Assembly: GCA_964572485.1 (NCBI GenBank)
Contig: CAZNGA010000005.1
Coordinates: 8,400 to 72,399, forward strand
From: an uncultured Chitinophagales bacterium
GTDB lineage: Bacteria > Bacteroidota > Bacteroidia > Chitinophagales > CAZNGA01
Direction: 5' to 3'
DNA: 64,000 nt
Below the pieces are notes generated by a model. That model did not search any database and was not told the origin of the DNA. It was given only the letters and a program-made list of their open reading frames with translations. The stretch's first letter is position 1; each line of letters opens with the position of its first letter. The position numbers and the translations under genes are program-made. Below are positions 8,426 to 18,988 of this stretch, in pieces.

Positions 8426-10189
8426 ATGGAGATCAAATGTCTTTTTGATATTCCTGATTATCAATTAAATCATTTTGCTCAACCAGAAGCACTTGTAGCA
8501 AAAGAGAATGGGCAATGGAAGAAATATAGTACCCAGGATTTCATTGACCAAGCTAATAAAGTAAGTTCAGCCCTGATAAAACTTGGAATCCAAAAAGAGG
8601 ATAAAATTGCCATCATTTCAAATAATAGGCCGGAATGGAATTTTGTAGATATTGGAATCCTCCAAATTGGTGCTATCAATGTGCCAATTTACCCTACCAT
8701 AAGCGAGCAAGAGTTTAAGTTTATATTCAACCATGCCAATGTCAAGATCGTATTTGTCTCTGACCAGGAATTGTACCAGAAGGTCCAAAACATAAAAAGT
8801 GAGGTGCCTTCTCTAACAGCGATATATACATTTGATAAAATTGAAGGCGCAGATCATTGGACAAAATTCTTGAATGTTGCTGATGAGATCAACCACAAAG
8901 AAATCGACAATTCAAGAAAGTCTATCAAACCGGATGATCTGGCAACGATCATCTATACTTCTGGAACTACAGGAGAACCAAAAGGTGTAATGCTCTCCCA
9001 CAACAATATCATTAGTAATGTCGTGGCATGTACTCCCTTGCTTCCTATAGACAAACAACACCGTGTTCTCAGCTTTCTGCCACTCAACCATGTCTTTGAA
9101 AGAATGCTCACCTATCTTTATATGTCCCAAGGGGTTTCGATATATTATGCTGAATCAATGGAAACAATTGGTGAAAACCTAAAAGATGTAAAGCCTCACC
9201 TCTTTTCAACGGTTCCACGACTTCTGGAAAAGGTATATGACAAAATTCTAGCCAAAGGATTGGACCTGCATGGTATTAAGAAAACCTTGTTCTTCTGGGC
9301 ACTGAACATGGGATTGGAATACGAATATAATGGGAAAAATGGCTGGTGGTATGAGACAAAATTAAAAATAGCCAACAAACTGATATTTAGCAAATGGAGG
9401 GAAGCCCTTGGAGGGAACGTAATTACCATTGTATCAGGAAGTGCCGCATTGCAGCCTCGATTGGCTAGGGTCTTCACAGCTGGGAATATACATGTCCTTG
9501 AAGGATATGGCCTTACAGAAACATCTCCAGTAATATCGGTCAATAGGTATGAAGAGTATGACCGGCACTTTGGTACTGTGGGCCCCATCATAGATGATAT
9601 AGAAGTTGCCATTGCTCAAGATGGGGAAATACTCTGTAAAGGACCAAACATCATGCTAGGATATTATAAAAGACAAGATTTGACGGACGAAGTGATCGAC
9701 AAGGAGGGATGGTTCCATACAGGAGATATTGGCACCTTTATTGATGAGAAGTACCTGAAGATCACCGATAGGAAAAAGGAGATATTTAAAACTTCTGGCG
9801 GAAAATATGTAGCTCCCCAGTTGGTTGAAAACAAATTGAAAGAATCCTACTTCGTTGAGCAGTTGATCGTAGTGGGAGAATATAAGAAATTCGTTAGTGC
9901 CCTGATCATGCCAGCATTCGACAATTTAAAAGAATGGTGTGAAAAGAAGGGGATAAAAGTAAGTTCCCATGCTGAAATGGTGGGACATCCCACAGTCATT
10001 GAACGTTATGAAAAGGTGATGGAAAAGTACAACCCTAATTTCAACCGTGTAGAACAGATCAAGAAATTCAAATTGGTGGCTGATGAATGGTCTGTGAATA
10101 GTGGTGAGCTTACCCCTACCTTGAAACTGAAGAGGAAGATCATTCTTGAAAAATACAAAGAAGAAATAGATAAGATCTATGAAGATTAA
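8426..10189 (+). CDS. fadD: Long-chain fatty acid--CoA ligase
   Basis: IYTSGTTGEPKG, EGYGLTETSP, WFHTGDIG, DRKKEIFKTSGGKYVAP, ELTPTLKLKR. ATG 8426 preferred over TTG 8402. Confidence 0.92.
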   Translation: MEIKCLFDIPDYQLNHFAQPEALVAKENGQWKKYSTQDFIDQANKVSSALIKLGIQKEDKIAIISNNRPEWNFVDIGILQIGAINVPIYPTISEQEFKFIFNHANVKIVFVSDQELYQKVQNIKSEVPSLTAIYTFDKIEGADHWTKFLNVADEINHKEIDNSRKSIKPDDLATIIYTSGTTGEPKGVMLSHNNIISNVVACTPLLPIDKQHRVLSFLPLNHVFERMLTYLYMSQGVSIYYAESMETIGENLKDVKPHLFSTVPRLLEKVYDKILAKGLDLHGIKKTLFFWALNMGLEYEYNGKNGWWYETKLKIANKLIFSKWREALGGNVITIVSGSAALQPRLARVFTAGNIHVLEGYGLTETSPVISVNRYEEYDRHFGTVGPIIDDIEVAIAQDGEILCKGPNIMLGYYKRQDLTDEVIDKEGWFHTGDIGTFIDEKYLKITDRKKEIFKTSGGKYVAPQLVENKLKESYFVEQLIVVGEYKKFVSALIMPAFDNLKEWCEKKGIKVSSHAEMVGHPTVIERYEKVMEKYNPNFNRVEQIKKFKLVADEWSVNSGELTPTLKLKRKIILEKYKEEIDKIYED

Positions 10190-10212
10190 ATTGCAATAGT
10201 AATAACCCTATT

Positions 10213-12615
10213 ATGAATCACCATATAAAACAAGTAGCAATATTGGGATCCGGAATTATGGGATCACGCATTGCCTGTCACTTTGCAGGAATTGGTGTTA
10301 AAGTGCTCCTCCTTGATATATCTCCCAATGAACTCAACGATCTCGAAAAGAAAAAAGGGCATAAGATCTCTGATCCAATAGTAAAAAACAGGATCGTAAA
10401 TGATGCGCTAGCGAATTGCTTAAGCTCTAACCCGTCCCCTATTTACAAGTCTGGCTATGCTTCAAGGATAACTACCGGGAATTTTGAAGATAATATGCAG
10501 GACATTAAAGATGCTGACTGGATCATTGAAGCGGTTATAGAAAATCTGGAAATCAAAATCTCCATATTCGAAAAAGTCGATCAATTCAGGAAAGAAAACA
10601 GTTTTATCACCACTAATACCTCCGGAATTCCGGTGAATATGATGTTGAAAGGGAGGTCTGAAAACTTCCAGACTCATTTTTGTGGGACCCATTTTTTCAA
10701 CCCTCCCCGCTATCTCCAATTGTTGGAAATAATACCTTCAGAAAAAACCTCTCCAGAAACCCTGGAATTCCTGACCCATTATGGAGATCTTTTTCTTGGA
10801 AAAACTCCTGTTCAATGTAAAGATACACCCGCCTTTATCGCAAACAGGGTAGGTATGTTTTCCATTATGGCCATCTTCAACCTAATGAAGGAAATGGAAC
10901 TTACTGTTGAGGAAATAGATACCCTCACTGGTCCGGTAAGCGGTAAACCCAAGTCTGCCACATTTAGAACTAGCGATATTGTCGGGATGGATACTTTAGT
11001 AAAAGTGGCCAACGACATCTATGAAAACTGTCCGGATGACGAGCAAAGGGATATGTTCAAAGTGCCAGACTTTGCCAATAAACTGGTTGAAAATAAATGG
11101 CTTGGAGATAAAACAGGACAAGGATTCTATAAAAAGATAAAAAAAGATGGGAAAAGCGAGATCCTCGCATTGGACATCAAAACCTTTGAATACCAGCCCA
11201 AACAAAAAGCGAAATTCGCTACCATTGGTACTGCCAAGGGTATTGATGACCTAAAAGAACGATTGGCCGTACTATCCAAAGGAAAAGATAAAGCAGGTGA
11301 TTTCTATAGAAAGTTCTTAGGTCTTCTGTTTTTATATGTATCTCACCGGATACCTGAAATAGCGGATGAAGTGTATAAGATAGATGATGCAATGCGCTCT
11401 GGATTTGCATGGGAAGTGGGGCCATTTGAGCACTGGGATATTGTCGGCGTGAAAAAATCGCTGGAGATGATAGCTGCAAGCGGCCATAAACCTGCGAAAT
11501 GGGTAGAAGACATGGTGAAGGCAGGTTGCAAATCCTTCTATCAGATAAAAGATGGCAAGACACAATATTATGATCCTGGCTCTACTTCATACAAGGACAT
11601 CCCAGGGAAAGAGGAATTTGTACTTCTGGACAACTTAAAATCTAATAAAGTAGTTTGGCAAAATTCAGGGACCTCTGTAATTGATATTGGTGATGGAGTG
11701 ATTAACCTTGAATTCCATACCAAAATGAATACCATTGGAGGTGAAGTACTTGAGGGCATTAACAAGGCTATAGAAATAGCAGAATGTGATTTTAAAGGGT
11801 TGGTGGTAGGAAATGAAGGACAGAATTTCTCAGCCGGGGCGAATATCGGGATGATCTTCATGCTTGCTGCTGATCAGGAATATGATGAAATTGATGTGGC
11901 CATCAGGATGTTCCAAAATGCAATGATGCGCATCAAATACTCCCCTATTCCTGTGGTGGCAGCACCACATGGTTTAACCCTGGGTGGAGGCTGTGAGTTA
12001 TGCCTGCATGCTGACAAAGTTCAGGCAGCGGCTGAAACATATATTGGCCTTGTTGAAGTAGGGGTTGGATTGATACCCGCAGGCGGGGGCACAAAGGAAT
12101 TGGTGGTCCGTGCTTCGGATAACTTCTATGAAGGGGATACCAAATTACCAAATCTACAAAACTATCTACTTACCATTGCAACTGCAAAAGTAGCCACTTC
12201 AGCCCATGAGGCTTTTGACTTTAATATCTTTAAAAAAGGAAGGGATAGTATAACTATAAATAAAGATCGGCTGATCGCTACGGCAAAACAGGCAGTAATA
12301 GAAATGGCTGATAAAGGATACTCTCAACCTGCACCTAGAAATGATATTAAAGTGCTGGGGCAAGAGGCCCTGGGGGCATTTTTGGCTGGTGCCAACGGTT
12401 TTTTTATGGCAAATTACATGTCAGAACATGACAAATTAATAACTGAGAAGCTGGCCTACGTAATGAGTGGAGGTGATCTATCATCACCTACTCAAGTATC
12501 GGAACAATATTTATTGGATCTGGAAAGAGAAGCATTCTTGTCCTTAACTGGTGAAAAGAAGACATTGGAAAGGATACAAAGTATATTGACAACTGGAAAA
12601 CCATTGAGAAATTAA
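10213..12615 (+). CDS. fadN: 3-hydroxyacyl-CoA dehydrogenase/enoyl-CoA hydratase (FadN type)
   Basis: GSGIMG Rossmann motif, TNTSGIP, HFFNPPRYL, C-terminal crotonase domain (FSAGAN, LGGGCE, YIGLVEVGVGLIPAGGG). Confidence 0.92.
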   Translation: MNHHIKQVAILGSGIMGSRIACHFAGIGVKVLLLDISPNELNDLEKKKGHKISDPIVKNRIVNDALANCLSSNPSPIYKSGYASRITTGNFEDNMQDIKDADWIIEAVIENLEIKISIFEKVDQFRKENSFITTNTSGIPVNMMLKGRSENFQTHFCGTHFFNPPRYLQLLEIIPSEKTSPETLEFLTHYGDLFLGKTPVQCKDTPAFIANRVGMFSIMAIFNLMKEMELTVEEIDTLTGPVSGKPKSATFRTSDIVGMDTLVKVANDIYENCPDDEQRDMFKVPDFANKLVENKWLGDKTGQGFYKKIKKDGKSEILALDIKTFEYQPKQKAKFATIGTAKGIDDLKERLAVLSKGKDKAGDFYRKFLGLLFLYVSHRIPEIADEVYKIDDAMRSGFAWEVGPFEHWDIVGVKKSLEMIAASGHKPAKWVEDMVKAGCKSFYQIKDGKTQYYDPGSTSYKDIPGKEEFVLLDNLKSNKVVWQNSGTSVIDIGDGVINLEFHTKMNTIGGEVLEGINKAIEIAECDFKGLVVGNEGQNFSAGANIGMIFMLAADQEYDEIDVAIRMFQNAMMRIKYSPIPVVAAPHGLTLGGGCELCLHADKVQAAAETYIGLVEVGVGLIPAGGGTKELVVRASDNFYEGDTKLPNLQNYLLTIATAKVATSAHEAFDFNIFKKGRDSITINKDRLIATAKQAVIEMADKGYSQPAPRNDIKVLGQEALGAFLAGANGFFMANYMSEHDKLITEKLAYVMSGGDLSSPTQVSEQYLLDLEREAFLSLTGEKKTLERIQSILTTGKPLRN

Positions 12616-12637
12616 TTAGATAATTTACATTATAATA

Positions 12638-13810
12638 ATGGAAGCATATATAATAGCCGGATTTAGAACTGCAGTTGGGAAAGCCCTTCGAGGGGGATTC
12701 CGATTTACCCGTTCAGATGACCTGGCGGTGAACGTAATTCAACATTTAGTGGAATCAGTTCCTCAACTCGAAAAAGAAAAAGTGGATGATGTGATAGTTG
12801 GGAACGCTGTCCCTGAAGCAGAGCAAGGGTTACAGATAGGACGGATGATCTCTCTAATGGCCCTTGGGCAAGAAATGCCGGGTATGACGATCAACCGCTA
12901 TTGTGCTTCAGGAGTAGAGGCTATCGCAGTTGCTTCCGCAAAGATCAGGTCTTCGATGGCCGATTGTATTATTGCAGGGGGAACCGAATCAATGTCATTA
13001 GTTCCAACCGCAGGATGGAAAACTGCGCCCAACTATAATGTAGCCAAAAAGTTCCCTAACTACTATTTGAGCATGGGTTTAACTGCTGAAGAGGTGGCCA
13101 AAGATTATAAGATCTCAAGAGAAGATCAGGATGAATTTGCCTACCACTCGCACATGAAAGCTTTAAATGCTTTGGAAAAAGGGTACTTCAAAGATCAGAT
13201 ACTGCCCATTGAAGTTGAAGAGATCTTCATGGATCAAGGCAAAAAGAGTAAAAGATCATTTACAGTTGACACTGATGAGGGCCCCAGAGCCGATACGACT
13301 ATTGAAGCACTTGCAAAATTAAAGCCTGTCTTCGCGGCAAATGGTACAGTTACTGCTGGAAATTCTTCACAGATGTCAGATGGTGCTGCTTTTGTAATTG
13401 TTATGTCAGAGAAAATGGTAAAGGAACTCAAGATCAAGCCTTTGGCTAGATTAATTGTATCGGAAATAGCAGGTGTAGATCCTAGAATAATGGGTATAGG
13501 GCCCATATCAGCTGTCCCTCTCGCCCTTAAAAAAGCAGGATTGAAGCTTACGGATATTGACCTTATTGAATTGAATGAAGCATTTGCTTCACAATCATTG
13601 GCAGTGATCAGGGAATTGAATATGGATCCTGAAAAGGTAAATGTAAATGGTGGCGCTATAGCTTTAGGCCATCCCTTAGGATGTACCGGCTGCAAATTAA
13701 CAGTGCAACTAATTAATGAGCTGAGACGTAGAAACAAAAAATATGGAATGGTAACTGCCTGTGTTGGAGGTGGGCAAGGTGTTGCAGGGATCATAGAGCT
13801 GATAAATTAA
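12638..13810 (+). CDS. fadA: Acetyl-CoA C-acyltransferase (thiolase)
   Basis: NRYCASG (Cys), ELNEAFA, GGAIALGHPLG (His), TACVGGGQG. Confidence 0.95.
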   Translation: MEAYIIAGFRTAVGKALRGGFRFTRSDDLAVNVIQHLVESVPQLEKEKVDDVIVGNAVPEAEQGLQIGRMISLMALGQEMPGMTINRYCASGVEAIAVASAKIRSSMADCIIAGGTESMSLVPTAGWKTAPNYNVAKKFPNYYLSMGLTAEEVAKDYKISREDQDEFAYHSHMKALNALEKGYFKDQILPIEVEEIFMDQGKKSKRSFTVDTDEGPRADTTIEALAKLKPVFAANGTVTAGNSSQMSDGAAFVIVMSEKMVKELKIKPLARLIVSEIAGVDPRIMGIGPISAVPLALKKAGLKLTDIDLIELNEAFASQSLAVIRELNMDPEKVNVNGGAIALGHPLGCTGCKLTVQLINELRRRNKKYGMVTACVGGGQGVAGIIELIN

Positions 13811-13827
13811 AACTTAAATCAAATTTC

Positions 13828-15615
13828 ATGGAATCAAATGATAGTGGTATTCCGAAGGGTGGTGAATTTTTGATCAAAGAATCTGACCCCAAATCGGTGT
13901 ATATCCCTGAGGAAGTCAATGAAGAAGAGAAAATGATCGTTGATATGTGTGGTCAATTTCTTGATGCAGAAGTGTATCCCCACCTTGATAAGATCGACAA
14001 GCAAGAAAAAGGCCTGATGGTCTCATTAATGGAAAAAGCAGGGGAAATAGGATTGTTGGGTATTTCTGTACCAGAAGAATTTGGTGGATTTGGCAAAGAT
14101 TTTAACACCGGGACCATGGTAGCAGAAGCTTTAGGTGGGGGGCACTCATTTCCCGTTTCATATATGACCCATTGCGGAATCGGTACGTTACCCATCTTAT
14201 ATTTCGGTACCGAAGACCAAAAGAAGAAATACCTTCCTAAACTTGCATCCGGTGAATATAAAGCCAGCTATTGCCTCACGGAACCCAATTCAGGCTCTGA
14301 TGCCCTTGCCTCTACCACGATGGCAGCACCCACAAAGGATGGTAAGCATTACATACTCACAGGTCAAAAAATATGGATTACCAATGCCGGATTTGCAGAT
14401 ATCTTTATTGTATTTGCTCAGGTAGATGGTGACAAATTTACTGGATTCATCCTGGAACGTGAGATGGAAGGATTAACTGTAGGCGAAGAGGAGCATAAGA
14501 TGGGCATTAAAGGCTCTTCAACATGTGCTGTGTTCCTTGAAGATTGTAAAGTCCCTGCCGAAAACGTCTTAGGAGAGATCGGTAAAGGTCACCTGATTGC
14601 CTTTAATATTCTAAATATCGGTCGATTCAAACTCTGTGCAGCAGCTTTGGGTGGTGCAAAAAGAGCATCTTCATTATCTATTTCATATGCGAATGAGCGA
14701 AAACAATTTAAACAAGCGATCTCAGGATTTGGAGCGATCAAGCATAAACTTGCAGAACAGGCAATCAAAATATTTGCCATGGAATCTGCATTGTACCGCA
14801 CAAGTAATTATATAAACACTAAACGTAAAGATATACTGGATGAAGGGAAAAGCTATGGAGATGCCTTACTCGGCGGAGCCAAGGAATATGCTGTAGAATG
14901 TGCGATCCTGAAGGTCCTTGGTTCAGAGAATTTAGATTGGATCATCGACGAGGGAGTTCAGGTGTATGGGGGATATGGCTATTCAGAAGAATATCCCATG
15001 GCGCGGGCATACAGAGATGCAAGGATTAACCGAATCTTTGAAGGAACAAATGAAATTAATCGGCTTCTGATCGTGGACATGCTACTAAAAAGAGCTATGA
15101 AAGGGGAACTGGACCTGCTGGGAGGGGCTAAAGCTATACAAACTGAGTTAATGTCTATCCCTGATATGAGTGCAAGTACTGATGGGCCCTTCGATACACA
15201 GATAAAAATCGTTCAAAACCTTAAGAAAGCTGTTTTACTCACTGCTGGGGCTGCCGCGCAGAAATTCATGCAAAAGCTGAGCGGAGAGCAGGAGATCATA
15301 ACAGATATCGCTGATATGATCATAGCTACTTATGCCAGTGAATCTGCTTTATTAAGGTGCCAAAAACTGGTAGCCCAAAAATCAGAAAAAGAATGCGCTT
15401 TATATATTGACATGATGCAAGTATTCATTAATGATGCAAGCGCCCAGGTGAATGTGTCCGGCAGAAATGCTATCGCTTCATTTGCTGAAGGCGATGAGAT
15501 GCGCATGATGCTAATGGGCATAAAACGATTTACTAAAGCAGACCCCATCAATACCAAAGATGCCCGCCGAAGGGTTGCTGACAAGCTAATTGGTGAGAAC
15601 ATGTATTGTTTTTAG
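13828..15615 (+). CDS. fadE: Acyl-CoA dehydrogenase (long form)
   Basis: YCLTEPNSGSDA, KIWITNAG, KMGIKGSST, LNIGRFKL, QVYGGYGY, RIFEGTNEINR. Confidence 0.92.
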   Translation: MESNDSGIPKGGEFLIKESDPKSVYIPEEVNEEEKMIVDMCGQFLDAEVYPHLDKIDKQEKGLMVSLMEKAGEIGLLGISVPEEFGGFGKDFNTGTMVAEALGGGHSFPVSYMTHCGIGTLPILYFGTEDQKKKYLPKLASGEYKASYCLTEPNSGSDALASTTMAAPTKDGKHYILTGQKIWITNAGFADIFIVFAQVDGDKFTGFILEREMEGLTVGEEEHKMGIKGSSTCAVFLEDCKVPAENVLGEIGKGHLIAFNILNIGRFKLCAAALGGAKRASSLSISYANERKQFKQAISGFGAIKHKLAEQAIKIFAMESALYRTSNYINTKRKDILDEGKSYGDALLGGAKEYAVECAILKVLGSENLDWIIDEGVQVYGGYGYSEEYPMARAYRDARINRIFEGTNEINRLLIVDMLLKRAMKGELDLLGGAKAIQTELMSIPDMSASTDGPFDTQIKIVQNLKKAVLLTAGAAAQKFMQKLSGEQEIITDIADMIIATYASESALLRCQKLVAQKSEKECALYIDMMQVFINDASAQVNVSGRNAIASFAEGDEMRMMLMGIKRFTKADPINTKDARRRVADKLIGENMYCF

Positions 15616-16067
15616 AGATTCCAATTCCCCCTTCTGATCCCTTATCAAGACGATCACCATAAATATTCAGAATCTTACATATGTAAGACTTTGTAATAAA
15701 TAGTGTGACTCAGAAAATATAATAGTAATATAATTACAAATTAATTGAACTAAACCAAAAACTAGCATTTTGAGAATAGTTACTAAAATTAGAGTACAAA
15801 AGAACCCACTTCGTGCAATTTTTCAAGGCAAAATTCCCACACTTCAATTCTTTGCAAACAACCGTGCCATTATATTATTTGCATTTTATCTCTTCCTTAT
15901 CCTTATCAACATTATTATATTTACCTCTTAAGAGTTATCTTGAAGTAAATTCAGTCCACTTTATTATTCAGCAGAACACATTAGCATCATAAAACTATAT
16001 GATTAAATTTGTGCTGAATAAAAATTATCTGATATAACAACGTTGAAAAGACGTTGATAGTAAAATC

Positions 16068-16454
16068 TTGTATAGTATGGATGATTCAAAGAAGTTCTCA
16101 GTAGCCAATATTGTACGGTATTTCTCAAGGATCGCATTGTTGGCCCTGAGCATCTTGGTTTTTACTTTTGCCTTGCTCTCAGGATCTGAGGGTTTTGGTG
16201 GTGGTTTGGGAGGTGTCATTAAAAATAGCCCCAATGCTTTACCTTGGTTGGTCCTGTTGGCATTTAATTACGTTGCATGGAAATGGGAATTGATAGGAGG
16301 AATCATCATTACTCTACTGGGCTTTGGCATGTTATATTTTTTCAATTTCCATGGGAACAATTTCTTTGTAAGCACATTTGTCTTAACCCTTCTTATCATC
16401 GCACTGGGAGTGTTATTTATTATTAGCTGGTATTTAAGAAAAGATAATAAGTAA
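16068..16454 (+). CDS. Small integral membrane hypothetical protein
   Basis: 128 aa, about 4 hydrophobic segments, co-oriented with the DUF1801 gene; start may be ATG 16077. Confidence 0.7.
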   Translation: MYSMDDSKKFSVANIVRYFSRIALLALSILVFTFALLSGSEGFGGGLGGVIKNSPNALPWLVLLAFNYVAWKWELIGGIIITLLGFGMLYFFNFHGNNFFVSTFVLTLLIIALGVLFIISWYLRKDNK

Positions 16455-16508
16455 CCCTTTTACCGGTCATTATTGAACTATCCAAAAGTATTCCATGTTT
16501 ACTAGGTA

Positions 16509-16964
16509 ATGCAAATAAAAACAACAACTGTAAAGGATTATATTGAACAAATCCCTGTAGAAAGAATTGCCTCTTTCAATAAACTCAGGGAGACCATACT
16601 CAACAATCTTCCCAAGGGCTTCATTGAGCAAATGAATTATGGTATGATAGGGTATATTGTGCCTCACGATCTGTATCCTTCTGGCTATCATTGCAAACCA
16701 TCTGACCCATTACCCTTTGCGAATATTGCTTCCCAGAAGCATTTCATTGGGTTTTACCATATGGGCATGTATGCTTCACCAATTCTATACGATTGGTTTA
16801 CAACTGAATATGCAAAACAATGCTCTCATAAGCCGGATATGGGTAAAAGTTGCGTGCGTTTCAAAAAAATGGACGAAATACCTTACCAATTGATCGGCGA
16901 GCTGATGAAAAAAATGTCAGTGGACGATTGGGTGAATTTATATGAAGAAAAGTATAAGAAGTAA
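16509..16964 (+). CDS. DUF1801 (YdhG-like) protein
   Basis: MNYGMIGYIVPH..YP.GYHC.P..PLPF..IASQK...DMGKSCVRFKK signature. Confidence 0.85.
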   Translation: MQIKTTTVKDYIEQIPVERIASFNKLRETILNNLPKGFIEQMNYGMIGYIVPHDLYPSGYHCKPSDPLPFANIASQKHFIGFYHMGMYASPILYDWFTTEYAKQCSHKPDMGKSCVRFKKMDEIPYQLIGELMKKMSVDDWVNLYEEKYKK

Positions 16965-16990
16965 TCAAAAAGGGTTTCTTCAATAAACGA

Positions 16991-18886
16991 TCACATTGCC
17001 CCTCCCTTGATATCTTCCACTACATCAGGGTTCAGCAAAGTAGACGTATCACCAAGATCTGAAGTATTTCCTTCTGCCACTTTTCGTAAAATGCGCCTTA
17101 TTATCTTACCGGAACGGGTTTTGGGAAGCCCTTCTACAAATTGTATCTTATCTGGCCTTGCAATCGGGCCTATGATCTCATTGACAATGGTATTGATCTC
17201 TCCACGCATAGTATCTTCGCTCCCAGGTTGCTCATAACATACTACATAGGCATAGATCCCCTGCCCTTTTATGTCATGGGGGAATCCCACTACAGCGGTC
17301 TCGCAAACACTATCATGCTCATCTATTGCATTTTCCACTTCTGCTGTACCGATCCGGTGGCCGGAGATATTCATCACATCATCCACCCTGCCGGTGATGC
17401 GATAAAATCCATCTTCATCACGCTTACAACCATCTCCCGTAAAATATTTGCCGGGATAAGCACTAAAATAAGTCTCTTTGAACCGCTCATGATCTCCATA
17501 TAATGTTCTGGTCAGTCCAGGCCAATGATCTATCATGCAAAGGTTCCCTTCAATATCATTCCCCTCGAGAATGTTGCCACTGTGATCTACAATGGCAGGT
17601 TGAATTCCGGGTAGTGGTAAGGTTGCAAATGATGGTTTCAAAGGTGTGATCCCAGCTAATGGGGAGATCAAGATACCACCTGTCTCTGTCTGCCACCAGG
17701 TGTCTACAATAGGGCATCTCTCTTTACCTACATACTTATGATACCATTGCCATGCTTCTTCATTGATAGGCTCCCCTACTGTTCCCAATATTCTTAGTGA
17801 ATCCAACTCCTTTCCCTGTACATATTCCAATCCATATGCCTGCAAAGCACGAATGGCTGTTGGGGCAGTATAGAAAATAGAAACATTATACTTGGCCACC
17901 ACATCCCAAAATCTGCCTGCATCAGGATAGGTGGGTATTCCTTCAAACATTAACGTAGTCGCCCCATTGAGCAATGGCCCATACACTATATAAGAGTGGC
18001 CAGTGATCCACCCAATGTCAGCAGTGCACCAATAGATGTCGTTGGGCTCATATTGAAATACATTCAAAAAAGAATAGGCCGCATATACCATATAACCTGC
18101 GGTAGTATGTAATATCCCTTTGGGCTTTCCGGTAGAGCCGGATGTGTAAAGGATAAACAATGGGTCTTCAGCATCAACAACTACAACTTCGTGGTCAGCA
18201 GATGCATCTTTCATTTCATCGTGATACCATATATCTCTTCCTTCTTTCATAGATATTTCAGTGAACGTCCGCTGCAATACGATACATGTCTTGATGGAAG
18301 GGGTGTTGTTCATAGCTTCATCAGAGATTCTTTTCAAATCCACTTCCTTTGAGCCACGCATTGTGCCATCAGCAGTTATCAATAGAGCACAAGATGCGTC
18401 ATTGATCCTGTCTGCCAGAGATTTTGCGGAGAATCCGCCAAATACTACTGAATGTATTGCGCCAATCCTGGCACATGCCAGTACAGCAATTGCCAACTCA
18501 GGAACCATTGGCATGTATATGCAAACCCGATCTCCTTTTTTAACTCCATTATTCAAAAGCACATTAGAGAATTTACATACCTCTGTATGCAATTCTCTGT
18601 AACTCAATTTGATCCCTTCTTCATCAGGGTTGTTGGGCTCCCAAATAATCGCCGCTTTGTCCTCTTGTGTATCCAAATGCCGATCCAAACAGTTTTCTGA
18701 AATATTTAACTTCCCACCCTTAAACCATGAAATATTCAAATCAGAAAAATCTCCGGAACGGACAGTGTCCCATTTTTGTCTCCATTTAAATTGGTCAGCA
18801 ATAACTGCCCAAAATCCATCCGGATCTTCCAGGCTTCTTTTATACTCTGCATGGTATTCCTCCATAGAGGTTATCTTGGGGATCAT
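16991..18886 (-). CDS. acs: Acetyl-CoA synthetase
   Basis: YTSGSTGKPKG, ADIGWITGHSY, VDTWWQTETGG, TGDG, LPKTRSGKIIRR with the acetylation-site Lys. Confidence 0.97.
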   Translation of the reverse strand: MIPKITSMEEYHAEYKRSLEDPDGFWAVIADQFKWRQKWDTVRSGDFSDLNISWFKGGKLNISENCLDRHLDTQEDKAAIIWEPNNPDEEGIKLSYRELHTEVCKFSNVLLNNGVKKGDRVCIYMPMVPELAIAVLACARIGAIHSVVFGGFSAKSLADRINDASCALLITADGTMRGSKEVDLKRISDEAMNNTPSIKTCIVLQRTFTEISMKEGRDIWYHDEMKDASADHEVVVVDAEDPLFILYTSGSTGKPKGILHTTAGYMVYAAYSFLNVFQYEPNDIYWCTADIGWITGHSYIVYGPLLNGATTLMFEGIPTYPDAGRFWDVVAKYNVSIFYTAPTAIRALQAYGLEYVQGKELDSLRILGTVGEPINEEAWQWYHKYVGKERCPIVDTWWQTETGGILISPLAGITPLKPSFATLPLPGIQPAIVDHSGNILEGNDIEGNLCMIDHWPGLTRTLYGDHERFKETYFSAYPGKYFTGDGCKRDEDGFYRITGRVDDVMNISGHRIGTAEVENAIDEHDSVCETAVVGFPHDIKGQGIYAYVVCYEQPGSEDTMRGEINTIVNEIIGPIARPDKIQFVEGLPKTRSGKIIRRILRKVAEGNTSDLGDTSTLLNPDVVEDIKGGAM

Positions 18887-18988
18887 AAGCTAAATTTATT
18901 CATGAATGATATTGGTCACAACTCATCTTTCTAAGATGTAAAACAAATAAAAATCTCCTCCTTTTCAAAAATGGTGAAGGAAAAGCAG

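Noticed and set aside
13234-13794. 186-aa antisense ORF, and similar ones such as 9196-9612, 57172-57612, 60286-60750, 61258-61692
   Set aside because: Fully nested opposite well-conserved genes with no recognisable motifs; expected from codon bias.
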